DNA of 64,000 nucleotides from assembly GCA_951406725.2 (NCBI GenBank), contig OX597819.1:95418001-95482000 (forward strand), given 5' to 3'. Below are positions 1-11,891 of this stretch, piece by piece. Under the pieces are notes generated by a model. It saw only the letters and a program-made list of their open reading frames with translations, was not told the origin of the DNA and searched no databases. Position 1 is the stretch's first letter. Every line of letters begins with the position of its first letter. The position numbers and the translations under genes were made by a program. The stretch is from Octopus vulgaris. Its lineage: Eukaryota.

Positions 1-1024
1 TTCCCCTCCGACCACACCCCGACGTCTTAAAAGATGAATGACACAATTTAAATAAAAAGTCCTGAAGAAATTGTCCGAAAAATAAGACAGGGTAATCATG
101 GCTGGAACGCTTTGACTTGTGGTTAAATAACAGCTAATAATAGTCGTAGAGGAAGTTGTTAGCGAAAGTGGGAAAAACCAGACAGAGGATGGGAAAGAGT
201 GTAGAAAACAAGGAAAAGATTATAGGAGGGAGAGAAATTTAAAAAAAGGCAAAAAAACTGTGAGAGGAGGTGATACTTAAAGATAGTGGATAGTGGTGAC
301 GAGAAAAGAAAAATATAGATGGAAGTAAGGGAAGCAATAAAATGAGAAACAAAAGGAGGAATGGAGAGAGAATAAAAAAGAGAAAGATGAGCGAAGAGTA
401 GAAAAAGGTGGAATGAAGAAGTTACCTTCAAGATGAAACGTAAGAGTATTAGGTACACACACACATGTGTGTGTATATGTATGTATATATTTATATATAT
501 ATATAATACTTATTTAAAATAAATGTTTTTCAATGCTATGATGCTAAGTTCGAAGTTTTTTCGACGGTGATACACGACACATACACAGAGAAAAAGAGAG
601 AGACAGAGGGAAAGAGATAAGAGAGAGACAGAGGGAAAGAGATAGGCGAGATAAAAAAAAATCATGTAAACAAGAAAAAGTTCAAAAAAGAAAAAGAAAA
701 CAGAGAGAGAGTAAGGAGCTGAGATAGAGAATTGAGGTGGGGGGGAGGTCAATTCAACAACACATATCAACAAGAGCGTTGTTTTTACTTTTTAGTTTGA
801 ATACATGAGAGGTACTTTCGTCTCCATCTCCTACTCTGTGAGATAAACAACCACTTCAACGACTACCACAAACACTACTATAATTGCCCTCACTGCTACC
901 ATATTTTGCCGGCAACACAACGGCACATTATGAACATTACCACCAGCAACAGTATTCATGCAACTACCATTACTATCACCACCACCATCACCACTAGCAC
1001 CCACCACTATCCCAATAACGAACG

Positions 1025-1490
1025 AAAGAAGGCAACTCTGTGGTCGTTCGACCTGCTAGAAATTGCAGCCAAACTTCCCTAAAATCACACCCTACTAACT
1101 GCCTTTCATAAGACAAGGATACATTATAATGTAGTCCTATACAGTCCTAAAAAGTCGTTATGGTCACGGTTGGAATGATTTTGATTAAAGGTTTGCGTGA
1201 CCAAGACTGAGTTGCAACCAAATATCATCATCGTACCACACCAACCATGAATTAAATATTAACAGTACCTTCACTCTCAGGAAGCTATCAAGTAGTCGCT
1301 TGCCCTACTAGAAACAGCATCAATAAACTCCCTCGCGACTACAATCAACTATTTTAAAAAGAGAGGGACAAAATAGAGGATGTAGCAGTCTTGGACACGC
1401 AAGGCCTAAGAGAAAGGCAGGCTTGTCATGGCTGGAACGCCTTTGAGCATCGGACTGTTCATTCTTGGCTGACCTGGAGGCTCAACAACA
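1025..1490 (+). repeat. Two copies of an abundant ~200-bp interspersed repeat (further copies e.g. 12135-12345, 13045-13285, 13320-13555)
   Basis: Recurring blocks gacctgctagaaatagcagccaaatctccctcaaatcac ... ggctggaatgcctttgatcatagg ... ending in (CAA)n; many diverged copies in both orientations. Confidence 0.7.
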
Positions 1491-1959
1491 CTGCTTTTAT
1501 ATATTAAACCCATCTTCACTTTCACGAACATAACCAATTCTATGAGTGCCATCTCCATCACTTAACACCATCATCGTAGCCAATGCCACCACCAACAGCA
1601 CTTGTAAAGACCTCAGATTTCAACACTACTAACATTATCATCATCATTATCACCGATATCGCCAATATAAGCAATGTCATTATTACCACTATCAACAGTA
1701 ATAGTACTACCTCCGCCACCAACTTCATCGGCATATCACACACAGCCACCTCCCTCACCACTCTCACCACCACTCCAAGAAGAGGAGGTGTGAGAAAGGA
1801 CTGAGCAGTGTGACTGATAGGGAAGGTTGAGGGAGAGGAGGAAATTAAGAGAGGTGTAAAGAGAGTGAGAGAAAGCAAGGGATGATTACAGAGAGAAGTA
1901 GGCCAGAAGTAGTATCCTTGGTGAGGGAAACATGGTGGAGACTAAACTATGAAGGAGGG

Positions 1960-2530
1960 AGGGAGGAATCGGTTGGTTATAAGGAACAATAGTGTAAGCC
2001 GGCACAACAAAATACATCCGTTGTTGTTATTCGTGCTGACATTAGTTTCCTAGTCTTTTTTTTTTTTAATATCCTCTCCCCCCCCGTCTGACACTACCGC
2101 GTGGAGTCTGTTGTAGTTGTTGATTAACTGCTGTTGCTACTGTTCTTTTGGTTTCTTGATTTAGAAAACCTTAACATATATACTCTCTGGAAAAGTACCT
2201 AAACAAATCGGCAATTTCCGGCCCTCTCCGTCAGCAAAATGCTCCATCACCGAGTCGTGGTTCTTTTAGCAGAAGGGAGCAGGAGAAGTAGCCTCGTCCA
2301 AAAACACAGTATCTCAGTGAATGGAAGGGCCAAGAGACGTGGAATTACTTGCTCGATATGTTCTCGCTTGAAGGTTTTTTTTTGTTGTTGTTTTCCAATC
2401 AAGGCTAACCTGGGGTTTAACAACAACAACAACTAACACAGCTGCTGAACACTGAAGAGCGTTGTTTCTTTAACGAAATACGATATCAAAGCAATGTTAC
2501 TTATGAAGCACTAAGATATTTTCCAAGGTC
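1960..2530. promoter_or_regulatory. CpG-retaining promoter or 5'UTR-like island of an unidentified transcript
   Basis: Unique, CpG-containing sequence after a purine-rich tract, at the edge of the CpG-depleted domain; no convincing ORF. Confidence 0.3.
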
Positions 2531-3279
2531 ATTATTTTAATTTGCCTAATTCAGTGAAATATCTTACCCCAAAACTATATACTCAAGTCGTTCTGAATTG
2601 AGTGTACTTGTTGATGAGGAATAATTTTTTTTTTCTTTTCCGTCTTTCGATATAGGCATGATGTCTGAAATTTTGTGGGAGGGGACTGGTGCTCAACTGG
2701 TACTTATTTTATCAATTCCAAAAGAATGAATGGCTAAGTCGACCTCTGCTGTATTTGAACTAAGAATGTAAAAAGTACCGGATGAAAACCACGAAACATT
2801 TGGTCTGGTGCAGTAATGATTCCCTGCCTTAATGAAGAGGAATAAGAAGACAGAAACATGTCTGGAGTTGTCACCAGAGTTACCATAGATCAGCTCATTG
2901 TCCCCTCCATTTAATATTACAGGTCAACTGAAATTTTGGAAGCTCTCTCTTTTTGCTTTTTGAGATTAATTTTAATTAATCCTAATGACTTTTCTTTACA
3001 TTAACATTTATAATTTCAATTGCTAAAACATTATCCTCCTTCTACCACATTAAGAATGGGAGCCTGCAATTCAGCACTTTAATCATTAGGTTATATACTT
3101 TTGGTTATAAGTGTGCTTGATCATAGTTGACCTGAGACTAAACAACAACTGCTCATTGATTACCATCAGAAGTCAAATAAAAGACAACAGATGTGATGGA
3201 AATCTTTTTAGCATAAAAGAACTTGGTACATAGTTGTGATAACCATACAGCTTTCTACAATGACTGCTTTCATCTAGCC

Positions 3280-3498
3280 CAGTGGTTTTCAACCAGGGTT
3301 CCACAGAACCTTGGGGTTCCGCCAGCACAGTCCAGGGGTTCCGCAAGAAGTTACAAAACTGCTAAAATCGGCAGTAATTTTTAATTCTCCTGTGCAGATA
3401 TGTGTGCATAAGACTATTAAATTATTGCACAGGGGTTCCTCGAGCCAGTGGAATGTTTCCTTGGGGTTCCGCTCCAGCAAAAAGTTTGAAAAGCACTG
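3280..3498. mobile_element. hAT (Charlie/Buster-type) MITE, 219 bp
   Basis: TIRs CAGTGGTTTTCAA / TTGAAAAGCACTG; perfect 8-bp TSD ATCTAGCC (3272-3279 and 3499-3506); repeated internal GGGTTCC motifs. Confidence 0.92.
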
Positions 3499-5706
3499 AT
3501 CTAGCCCAAGTTAACCCTGAATGAACATATTTATGGTTAAAGGCATTCTGGTCACAACTATTGTATCTTCTTAAAGCTAGTTTATCTTAGACTTACAGTC
3601 AGTACACAATGTCCTCTCTCTCTCAAGGCACTAGAACAATGTGATTTGAGAGATTTGGTTACTATTTCTAGTATGTCAAACTACCATGCAGAGGCTCTTT
3701 CTGATATGGTTTTTTGGAAGGTTAGAAATCGTATCTGTGATCCTCTTTTTCTGTTACAACTCTTCTATTCATGTAACATGGAATGGAAAAATTAGTCTCA
3801 ACATCATTTAAATCAAGATGGCATGGTATTGCTTTATTTTGGTGTGCAGTGAACTAGAATTTGGTCTGTTGGAATCTTATAACCAATGGCATTATTCTTA
3901 ACAAATGTTTTCATCATCATCACCATTTTAACATCTACTTTTCCATGTTTGTAAGGGTCAGTCAAGATCACAGACAAGAGATTTTTGTAGCTGGATGCTT
4001 GCTTTTCCTAACACCAGCCTCATCTGTTTCCAAGAGATAATAATCTCTATGTCTATCAAACAACAAACAGTATGGACATGGTTACAAGAACTGGAAACAA
4101 ACAACACTGTTTGAATGAGCTTTTTGTTTACAAAGATCATACAACATGCCAAGACTTATCAAGAAGCCCAGATACGTTGTCATGGAGGTCTGCATGCACG
4201 GACAACTACTGGTCCCCCATTAAAATAAAAATACCTACTCCCACGCCTGTTACTTGAAGAGAAACTAGAACTTTACAAATTAATAGGAATGTGATATATT
4301 GAAACATTCCTCTCTTCCCTATATTTTATGTCGTTGCTGTTTAACCCCAAGTCTGATTAATCAGGCCCATCATCAAAAGCACTCAAACTACGACTATCAT
4401 TTTTTTCCCACTTAAATACAATTTAACTGGGATTACATTATTCATTTGAAATTCATATTGTATATGTACCTGCCGTTATTGTTTAAACCTAAGTCATTCC
4501 TGGCCAAACAAAACCAGTCAAATGAATTTTGTCATCGTGTCCTTCCCCTTTTGAAATGTTATGGTAGGGGTTTTAAAGTGTTTTGGTTGGCTATTATTTC
4601 TACCAAGAGCTCCCGCTCCCTAATCGCTCCACCCTGTATTCAATTAGTCAATGAAATAAGGTCAGACTATAACTACAAGGAAGAGATATGTGGTTGATTT
4701 CAAGGCATAGCTTATCAACAGGCATATAAATTATTGATTTTTTTATTTTCAAGGATTAGGTGAAGGAGATGTTTTATATATATATATAGAGAGAGAGAGA
4801 TTACTATAGCAACTTCTTATTCAATGTAACTACTAGCTTGGAATGATGATATTACTCTTTACTCTTGTTCAATGCTGGTTCCTGGAGTTTCTACTAGAAG
4901 ATATTGTTTAGTCTTCTCTAATAGCAACGGAAATATGTCAACACTAATGTTTTTATCAACATACTTATAAATTATCATCATTATCATGGTTTGACAGCCG
5001 TTTTCCATGTTGGCGTGGTGTGGACGGTTTGAATGGCGACTGGCAAGCTATGAGGCCACACCAGGCTCCAATCTGATCTGGCAATGTTTCTACAGCTGGA
5101 TGCCCTTCCTAACACCAACCACTCCAAGAGTGTAGTAGGTGCTTTTTACATACCACCAGCACAGGACCCAGTCAGGTGGGGCTGGCATTAACCATGTTTG
5201 GGTGGTGCTTTTTATGTGCCATAATATTTACAAAATTAAATAACCAGAGTGTGATACCCAATTAAAGGATAATTATTGTAATTTCTTATTGTAGTTGTTG
5301 TTTAGCCCCAGGTCAACCCTAATACATCAGACCCATGATCAAAGCCATTCATATCAATAAAGCTTCTATGTATTGTTATAGGGTAGGCATAGCAAGAACA
5401 ACTAATTCATAACATGATTGACAAAGATATTGAAGCCATTTCAGTTCTACACAATATTGTTCGATAATAAAAGACACTGTTAGTTAATAATAATTTATAT
5501 GAAGACAGAATAATAATAAGAAAACAAAATTCAATAATGTATAATATATAATCAATAATATATTACAATCACAACAGTTTCATAATAAATTTTATATTTT
5601 TAATGGATCACTACACAATATTGTTTAATAATAAATTTGATACTTTTAATGTCTAAAAATAAAGTATTTATTACTTTTATTTTTTTTTTTAAGATCAGTT
5701 GTAATA

Positions 5707-7592
5707 ATGTCTGAACCAACTGCTAAAAAGGCAAAACTGAGGAACTACAAAGAAGATTTTATCATGTTTGGTTTTGTATCTGTAGACTCAAAACCTATGT
5801 GTCTTGAAAGGTAGGGAATATTTTGAGAATAAAAAGAAAATACAGCCAATCAAACTACCCGACTCTCTGAAATTATTGCCAATGTTGCAGCACCTCAGAT
5901 TTATGGGGAGAAACTTGTCAAGCCTGCTATGATAGCTTGTGCAAATGAGGTTCTGGGAAAAGATGCTACATCTACTCTGAGTACAATTCCACTTTCAAAT
6001 AACACAATTACAAAAAGACAGAATGAAATGTCTAATTTTGTTGAAAAGAAGATTGTAGAAATACTCCAAAAGACAAATTTTTCTATCCAGGTTGATGCTA
6101 GCACAATTCATAACAAAGCTATCCTTCTGGTCTATCTCAGATTCATCCATGAAGATGATATAAGAGAAGAAATGTTACTCATTAAAAGTTTGTCTGAAAT
6201 TACTAATGGAGAAGATATATTCAATGAAGTAATGCAGTATTTTAATGATAAAAATATTCCATTGACTAATTTTGATCAACATTGCATTAGATGGAGCTGA
6301 AGCCATGACTGGAAAAGTGAAAGGCTTTGTTTCTAGAATGAAATCAGCTGCTCCTCACATTTTTTATATACACTGCATTAACCAGACAGCATTTGGTTGC
6401 TAAGAATATTGGAGGGCACATGGAAGAAGCACTCAACACTGCCATATTAACTTTGTCAAATCAAACTCAGTGAATAATAGATTTTTTTATGCAATTCTGT
6501 GAAGATGAAGGTTTTAAAACCCTATTGCTTCACACAGAAGTATGATGGTTGTCAAAAGGCCTGAGCTTTGAAAGAATAGTGAATTTGGGGGAACCATAGA
6601 TCAACTCTCCCATGTTCAAAAGTCAGATGGCTCATTACAACTCCAAGAAGCAAGCTGATACAGCTAAGAAAATTTTGGAAAGGCTTTCTGAGTTTAAATC
6701 AAAAATATTCTGCTTGAGTGATATTTTTAAAACAGTGAATCTGCTTAACTTAGAGCTACAAGATAGAAAATCAGATTTGGTCACCTGTTCTCAGAAGATA
6801 AAAGAGTATATGGGGAAATTAAAATTTTAGAAAAAACAGTTTGAAAAAAAAAAAATTTGGCATCATTTCAAAATTTTAACACGATTGTTCCTACATCAGA
6901 ATGCATTGCTGCATGCATCACCCATCTTGAAGATCTTCATGAAGACTTTGAGAGAAGATACAAAGATTTATTAAAGATGGATTATCCACTCTGGTTTATA
7001 GACCTAGAAAATTATGAACCAAGAGATGAAAATTTTGAGTTGGCTGAAATGTCGGATTTGAAAGAGAATATGAAACTGAGAAGAAGAGTTGAAAAATAAG
7101 GTGTCTTTGCCTACATATCGATAAAGGAATCACACCCAAATATTTTTCAACATGTAGAAGCAAGCATCATTTCTTTCCCTACCACATGGATTGTGGAATC
7201 TGCATTTTCAGCTGTTGTAGATATTTTAAGTAGAAAAAGAAATAAATTAGATGTCAACAGCAGAGGAACTATCAGACTAAGACTAAATGAGTTCATTAAA
7301 ATTGATTATGATATCTTGTGTCAGAAACACCAATATCAAGCTAGTCACTAGCTGAATGGACTAGAAATGAATGACTTTATGACAAATGATCTTGATATCT
7401 TGTGTTTATCTTTGTTTACTAAAATAAATTTTAAATTTTATCTTTAATTTCTTAAAATAAATGTTAAAGTGTAAATAGACTATTTTGACTTTTCATTAAG
7501 ATAGAACAGTATAAAGTAAAAGTAGAAGTGGTCCCTAGAAATTTTTTCAAGTAAAAAATGGTCCCTGAGCTGAAAAAGGTTGGGAACCACTG
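5707..7592 (+). mobile_element. Decayed hAT (Buster/Charlie-like) transposon: disrupted transposase (5707-7351) plus right TIR
   Basis: MSEPTAKKAKLRNYKEDFIMFGF, IPLSNNTITKR, FSIQVDAST, DGA, HCI, *WLS and C-terminal FPTTWIVESAFS...QASH*; many stops and frameshifts. Right TIR GGTTGGGAACCACTG ends 7592; no left TIR seen. Confidence 0.92.
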
Positions 7593-9678
7593 GTTTAAAG
7601 TATAATGCTCAAACACAAGAATATCATGATGAACAGCATCATCATTGTTTATTTATGATGGCAAGAGTTAGACAAAACAGAGGGGTATTCTGTGGGTAAA
7701 TGCTCTTCCTGTTTACAACCCTTGCTTGTCTCTCAAGAATTTTTTTTTATTATTCCACTGGTGTCATACATCAAAACTGCTGAGCTATGGATATATACAG
7801 CTTATGGGAGACATAAACATGCATCACAATTGCTGAAATGATGTTAATGTAAAAACATGCTGAAATATGTATACACATACACACCTATATATATCATCAT
7901 CATTTAACATCCACTTTCCACGCTAGCATAGGTTGGATGTCAACCACTTTACAGTGTGGATTGGATGCTTTTTATGTAGCCCCAGCATTGGCAGTGTCAC
8001 CAAGTAACTTGCAAGACAAGGATCGGGGGGGGGGGGGGCATTGGAGGAGGTGGCCTTGTGCCAGATGATGAAAAGTTATAGTAACAGACAGAAACAGGGG
8101 TCTTGCTGTAGAGGAGATACATGGCTGGCCAGACAAGGAAAAAGCAAGAGACAGAGAGCAGGATGACGATGTGCCAGGACATACCTTCAAGGTACAGGGG
8201 TCAGAATATAAATGGTAGGGTATTGCCAAAGATGCATGAATAGGTAGTGGGGACTTTACCTGAATGCAAAGAGTACTGAGGTGGGGAATGTAGTGACTGG
8301 TGAAACCTGGGTATATAGAGGTGGGTGGGAGACAACAGGATAGCAATGATACAATGAGCCGGCAGTGAGAACAGGATTGGAGAGCAGCATATAAGCATAA
8401 GCATGCTGCATGAAAAAGATGAAATGTGAGGAAGAGAAGAGGAGACGTACTTTAGTTTGTTGGGGGTGGTAGGGTGTGTGAAAATAGTTTGTTGGAGTAG
8501 GGGGTGTGTCCATGGGATTTTAATTGCTGTCTTTCTGTACATGTTTTAAGAAATACCAGAAACTGTCAGATTCATAATTATGCTGACAAAAGTTGATATT
8601 GCTATTTTTGTTCTGCCACATTGGGCCCTTAAATTTCTTCTTTCTCGAGACACAACTCTTTCTTTCTGTCTGTCTTGTACATTGTAAGGAAATAAGCATT
8701 GTCAGGTTTGCGTTGACTGCCATGGTAGGGAAGAATGGCATCATTGTGTGGTACCTTGAACAAATGCCTCCTTGTATGGAAGGCTGTCATGTGTATGTGT
8801 GTGTAAAGTGGTTGGCATTTGGAAGGGCATCCGACTGTAAAATCCATGCCAAAACTAAGCTCGCCAATGCTTGTACCATGTAAAAAAACACTCTGTCCAC
8901 TCTGCTGAGTGGTTGTTGTTAGGAAGGGCATCCAGATGTGAAAAACCATGCCAAAACAGACAGAAGTCTGTAGTCTTCTGCCTAGCCAACTCTTGTCAAA
9001 CTGTCCAACCCATGCCAGCATGGAAAGTGGATGTTAAGTGATGATGATGATGATGAAAATACTAGAACACAAGCTGTTATTATTGCGAAGCTCCAGCTTA
9101 GCCCTGATAGAGACAGCATATTGCACAAAGATAGTTATTTTAGCAATTAGGTGCAACCAACACATTACAAGAATATTCTGAACAATGTTGAAGGTCATGA
9201 TGGAACCACTCACACCATTATAGTATCTATGGTGAAGTTTTACTTTAATATTTTATAATGGCTCTCAGTGACCTTACAGAGTTGTTAACAATAACAACAA
9301 TAAGAGCAGTTATCAAGTAAACTAATATTTGAACCAGTTCTACATAATTTATTATTGTCTGCATTTTCAATTCCACAGATTTTAAAACTGCTTTGGAGTA
9401 TTCTGAAATATTGAGGTTACTTTTTCAATACTGTCTAACTTTATATATACACAAACACAACATAAGTTTGATTATATGCGCGTGTGTACGTACAATGTAA
9501 GGCCCCTATCAGTGAGGGTTGACAAAGTAACTACCTTAAAAGTTCCTCTTCAGGACACAGGGCTGACAGCTTGACATCAGTGCCATCACAAACAAACACA
9601 GATATGTAAAGAGCTGAAACAAATCCTGCAAGGTATTTTGGCTGAAATTCTAGCAATTCCTTTAATACACTGCCTTAT

Positions 9679-9740
<62 letters not shown>

Positions 9741-10149
9741 GAGTGTGTGTATACACATACACATGCACGGACAAATATATGTATGATAGTACCCCTTCTC
9801 ATCAGTTTTAACGATGAGCGTTCACTTCTATTAACTCAGTTTTAAAAATGAGCATTCACTTTTATCCCTACTTACTCTTAAATTAACAACCTAGATCAGC
9901 TTAAGACAAAAGGTGACATGGTAAGAGCTAACTTAGAATAGGGCTGCAGTACAACTGATAGGATGCCACAGTTCCCATCTACCTAATTTCATTCACAGAG
10001 CTTTAATCAACTCCAGACTATGATACAAAAAAAAAAAAGAACCTGCCCATATGTTGGCATACAGTGAAATGAAATCTAAGAGCTTGTGACTATATAGTTA
10101 ACTTCTTAACCACTTGGCAAGGCATACATCCTTGAAAATATATATATAT

Positions 10150-10590
10150 GATTAAGAAACTTGCTTCTCAAATTCATATTCCAGCTTCAGTCCCACAATG
10201 TGGCAGCATGGACAAGTGTCTTCTACCATAGCACTGGTCTGACCAAAGCCTTGTGTGTGGATTTGGTAACAGAAACAGAAAGAAATCCATTGTATGTATG
10301 TGGTATATATGTATATTTATGTGTATGTGCATGTATGTTTGTGTGTATTGGTGTCTCCTTCTCTTGACATTATATGAGTGTTGTAAATGAGTTTCACCAT
10401 GATACAAGCAGTGTCTTTCATTTCAAAACTTTTGGGAAAATACATCTGGCCATGGGGAAATGTTACTTTGCTTAGAAACAGGAGGGTGCTTGATGACAAG
10501 AAGGGCATCTGATTGTAGAAAATCTGCCTCAACAAATTTCATCTAACCCATGTGGGCCCAGAGAAATGGATGTTAAAATGATGATGATGA
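10150..10590 (+). mobile_element. Diverged tRNA-head SINE with (GAT)n tail
   Basis: ttcagtcccac B-box-like block, aaagccttgtgtgtggatttggta core, central TG microsatellite, ends aaatgatgatga. Confidence 0.6.
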
Positions 10591-11565
10591 CATAGCTGGT
10601 TAGATGGGTTAGATGGTCATTTTTATATATATCTATATAATGTGTGTGCACAAGCAAGCACACACACATACACACAGGTTTTAGAGATTAGAATGTATGG
10701 CAAAAATTTGGTTAGAAAAATAAACAAAAAAAACTTCTCAAGACCTTTACAGGAAAGGTCAAAAGATGTGTGTGTGTGTGTAAGTTAATACGCACATAGG
10801 TGTGGAGTTGGGTATGTGGATGTCTATGATGAATTCACACAGTAATCTATTTTAACAATTTCTAATTGTTTCTCAGACAAGTAGCAACAAAAAAAAAAGA
10901 AAAAAATCAACAAATAATCATTTTTATTGTTACTGACAGTCTAACATTGGGTGGCAGAGTTGGCAAAATAGATAAGCTAGTTGAATGTGTTGGCTATAGT
11001 ATCTACTTTGGTTTCTGTTTACAGTTCAAATGTTTAGACATAAAATTTAATATAACTAGGTAATACAATAGAACATTATATAAAATGTGTATGCAAGGCC
11101 AAGAATTTTATTTATCAGTCCAATGTTCTGGGTTCAAATTCACCTGCAAGGCACTTTGAATAAGTGTTTTTTTTACAATAGCATCAAGATGACCTCAAGC
11201 TTTGTAAGTGAAATTGCTTAGACAGAAAGTATTTGGAAACCTGTTTGAGGGACTGGAACTATACCTGTAATTCAAAAAGGGCCCCTTTCACAGAGTGCTT
11301 CAGCAAGGCCACAGTCTAATGACTGAGACAAGATAAAAAAACATGACCCAATAAATAAGACTCTACAGAGTTGTTTGACCTGCTAATCATAGCCATCCTC
11401 CTCTTCTCAAGTTAAACAGTACTGCCTTAGTAAAGATTGCATTGGGCAATGAGGTTCTAGGTGTGGCTTAGCAGATAAACATACAGGATGGTCAAGAGTC
11501 AAACGCCTCTGACTATAAGGTATGCTAAATTAGAGTTGAACTTTTTAGCAGGCCAGTCAGACACT

Positions 11566-11670
11566 GCCAGATCTGACTGGCCTGGTGCAGCCTTCGGGCA
11601 TCCCAGACCCCAGTTGAACCGTCCAACCCATGCTAGCATGGAAAGCGGACGTTAAACGATGATGATGATG
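11566..11670 (+). mobile_element. Short 3' tail of the RTE-type LINE
   Basis: ccaacccatgctagcatggaaagcggacgttaaacgatgatgat; same tail as the element at 54660-55631. Confidence 0.8.
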
Positions 11671-11775
11671 AAGTGAGGTGAACTGAAAATGAATACCAGG
11701 CTCACTATATCAGCTGGGGTTTTTTTCTACTCGATAGAATCACTAAAACAGAGTAAATAAAAACACAATACATAC

Positions 11776-11891
11776 ATTGCCACAAGCAGATTTTGGCATA
11801 GCTGGTCTGTTTTCTCCATCTAACTCTTCTGCCAGGCCACATGTACAATTTTTGCAAGCCCTTTTCTTTTTCCTGCTTCCACCACAGTCAG
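11776..11891 (-). CDS. CIAPIN1: CIAPIN1 coding exon 5 (Fe-S motif 1 and first Cys of motif 2)
   Basis: ttttcag| acceptor, AAT|gtatgt donor; [38 protein letters not shown]. Confidence 0.96.

Noticed and set aside
1558-1878. Hydrophobic and Thr-rich ORFs (also 159-773)
   Set aside because: Products of CAC/CAT and GA low-complexity tracts.
2452-2490. Hammerhead-like CTGAAGA..GTTG-loop-TAAC-GAAA-TACGATA-TC
   Set aside because: Two extra nt before stem II and no stem I pairing next to the core; likely chance.
5929-7099. Domesticated transposase gene (ZBED/SCAND3-like)
   Set aside because: Multiple stops, frameshifts and a deletion, with a retained TIR; it is a fossil.
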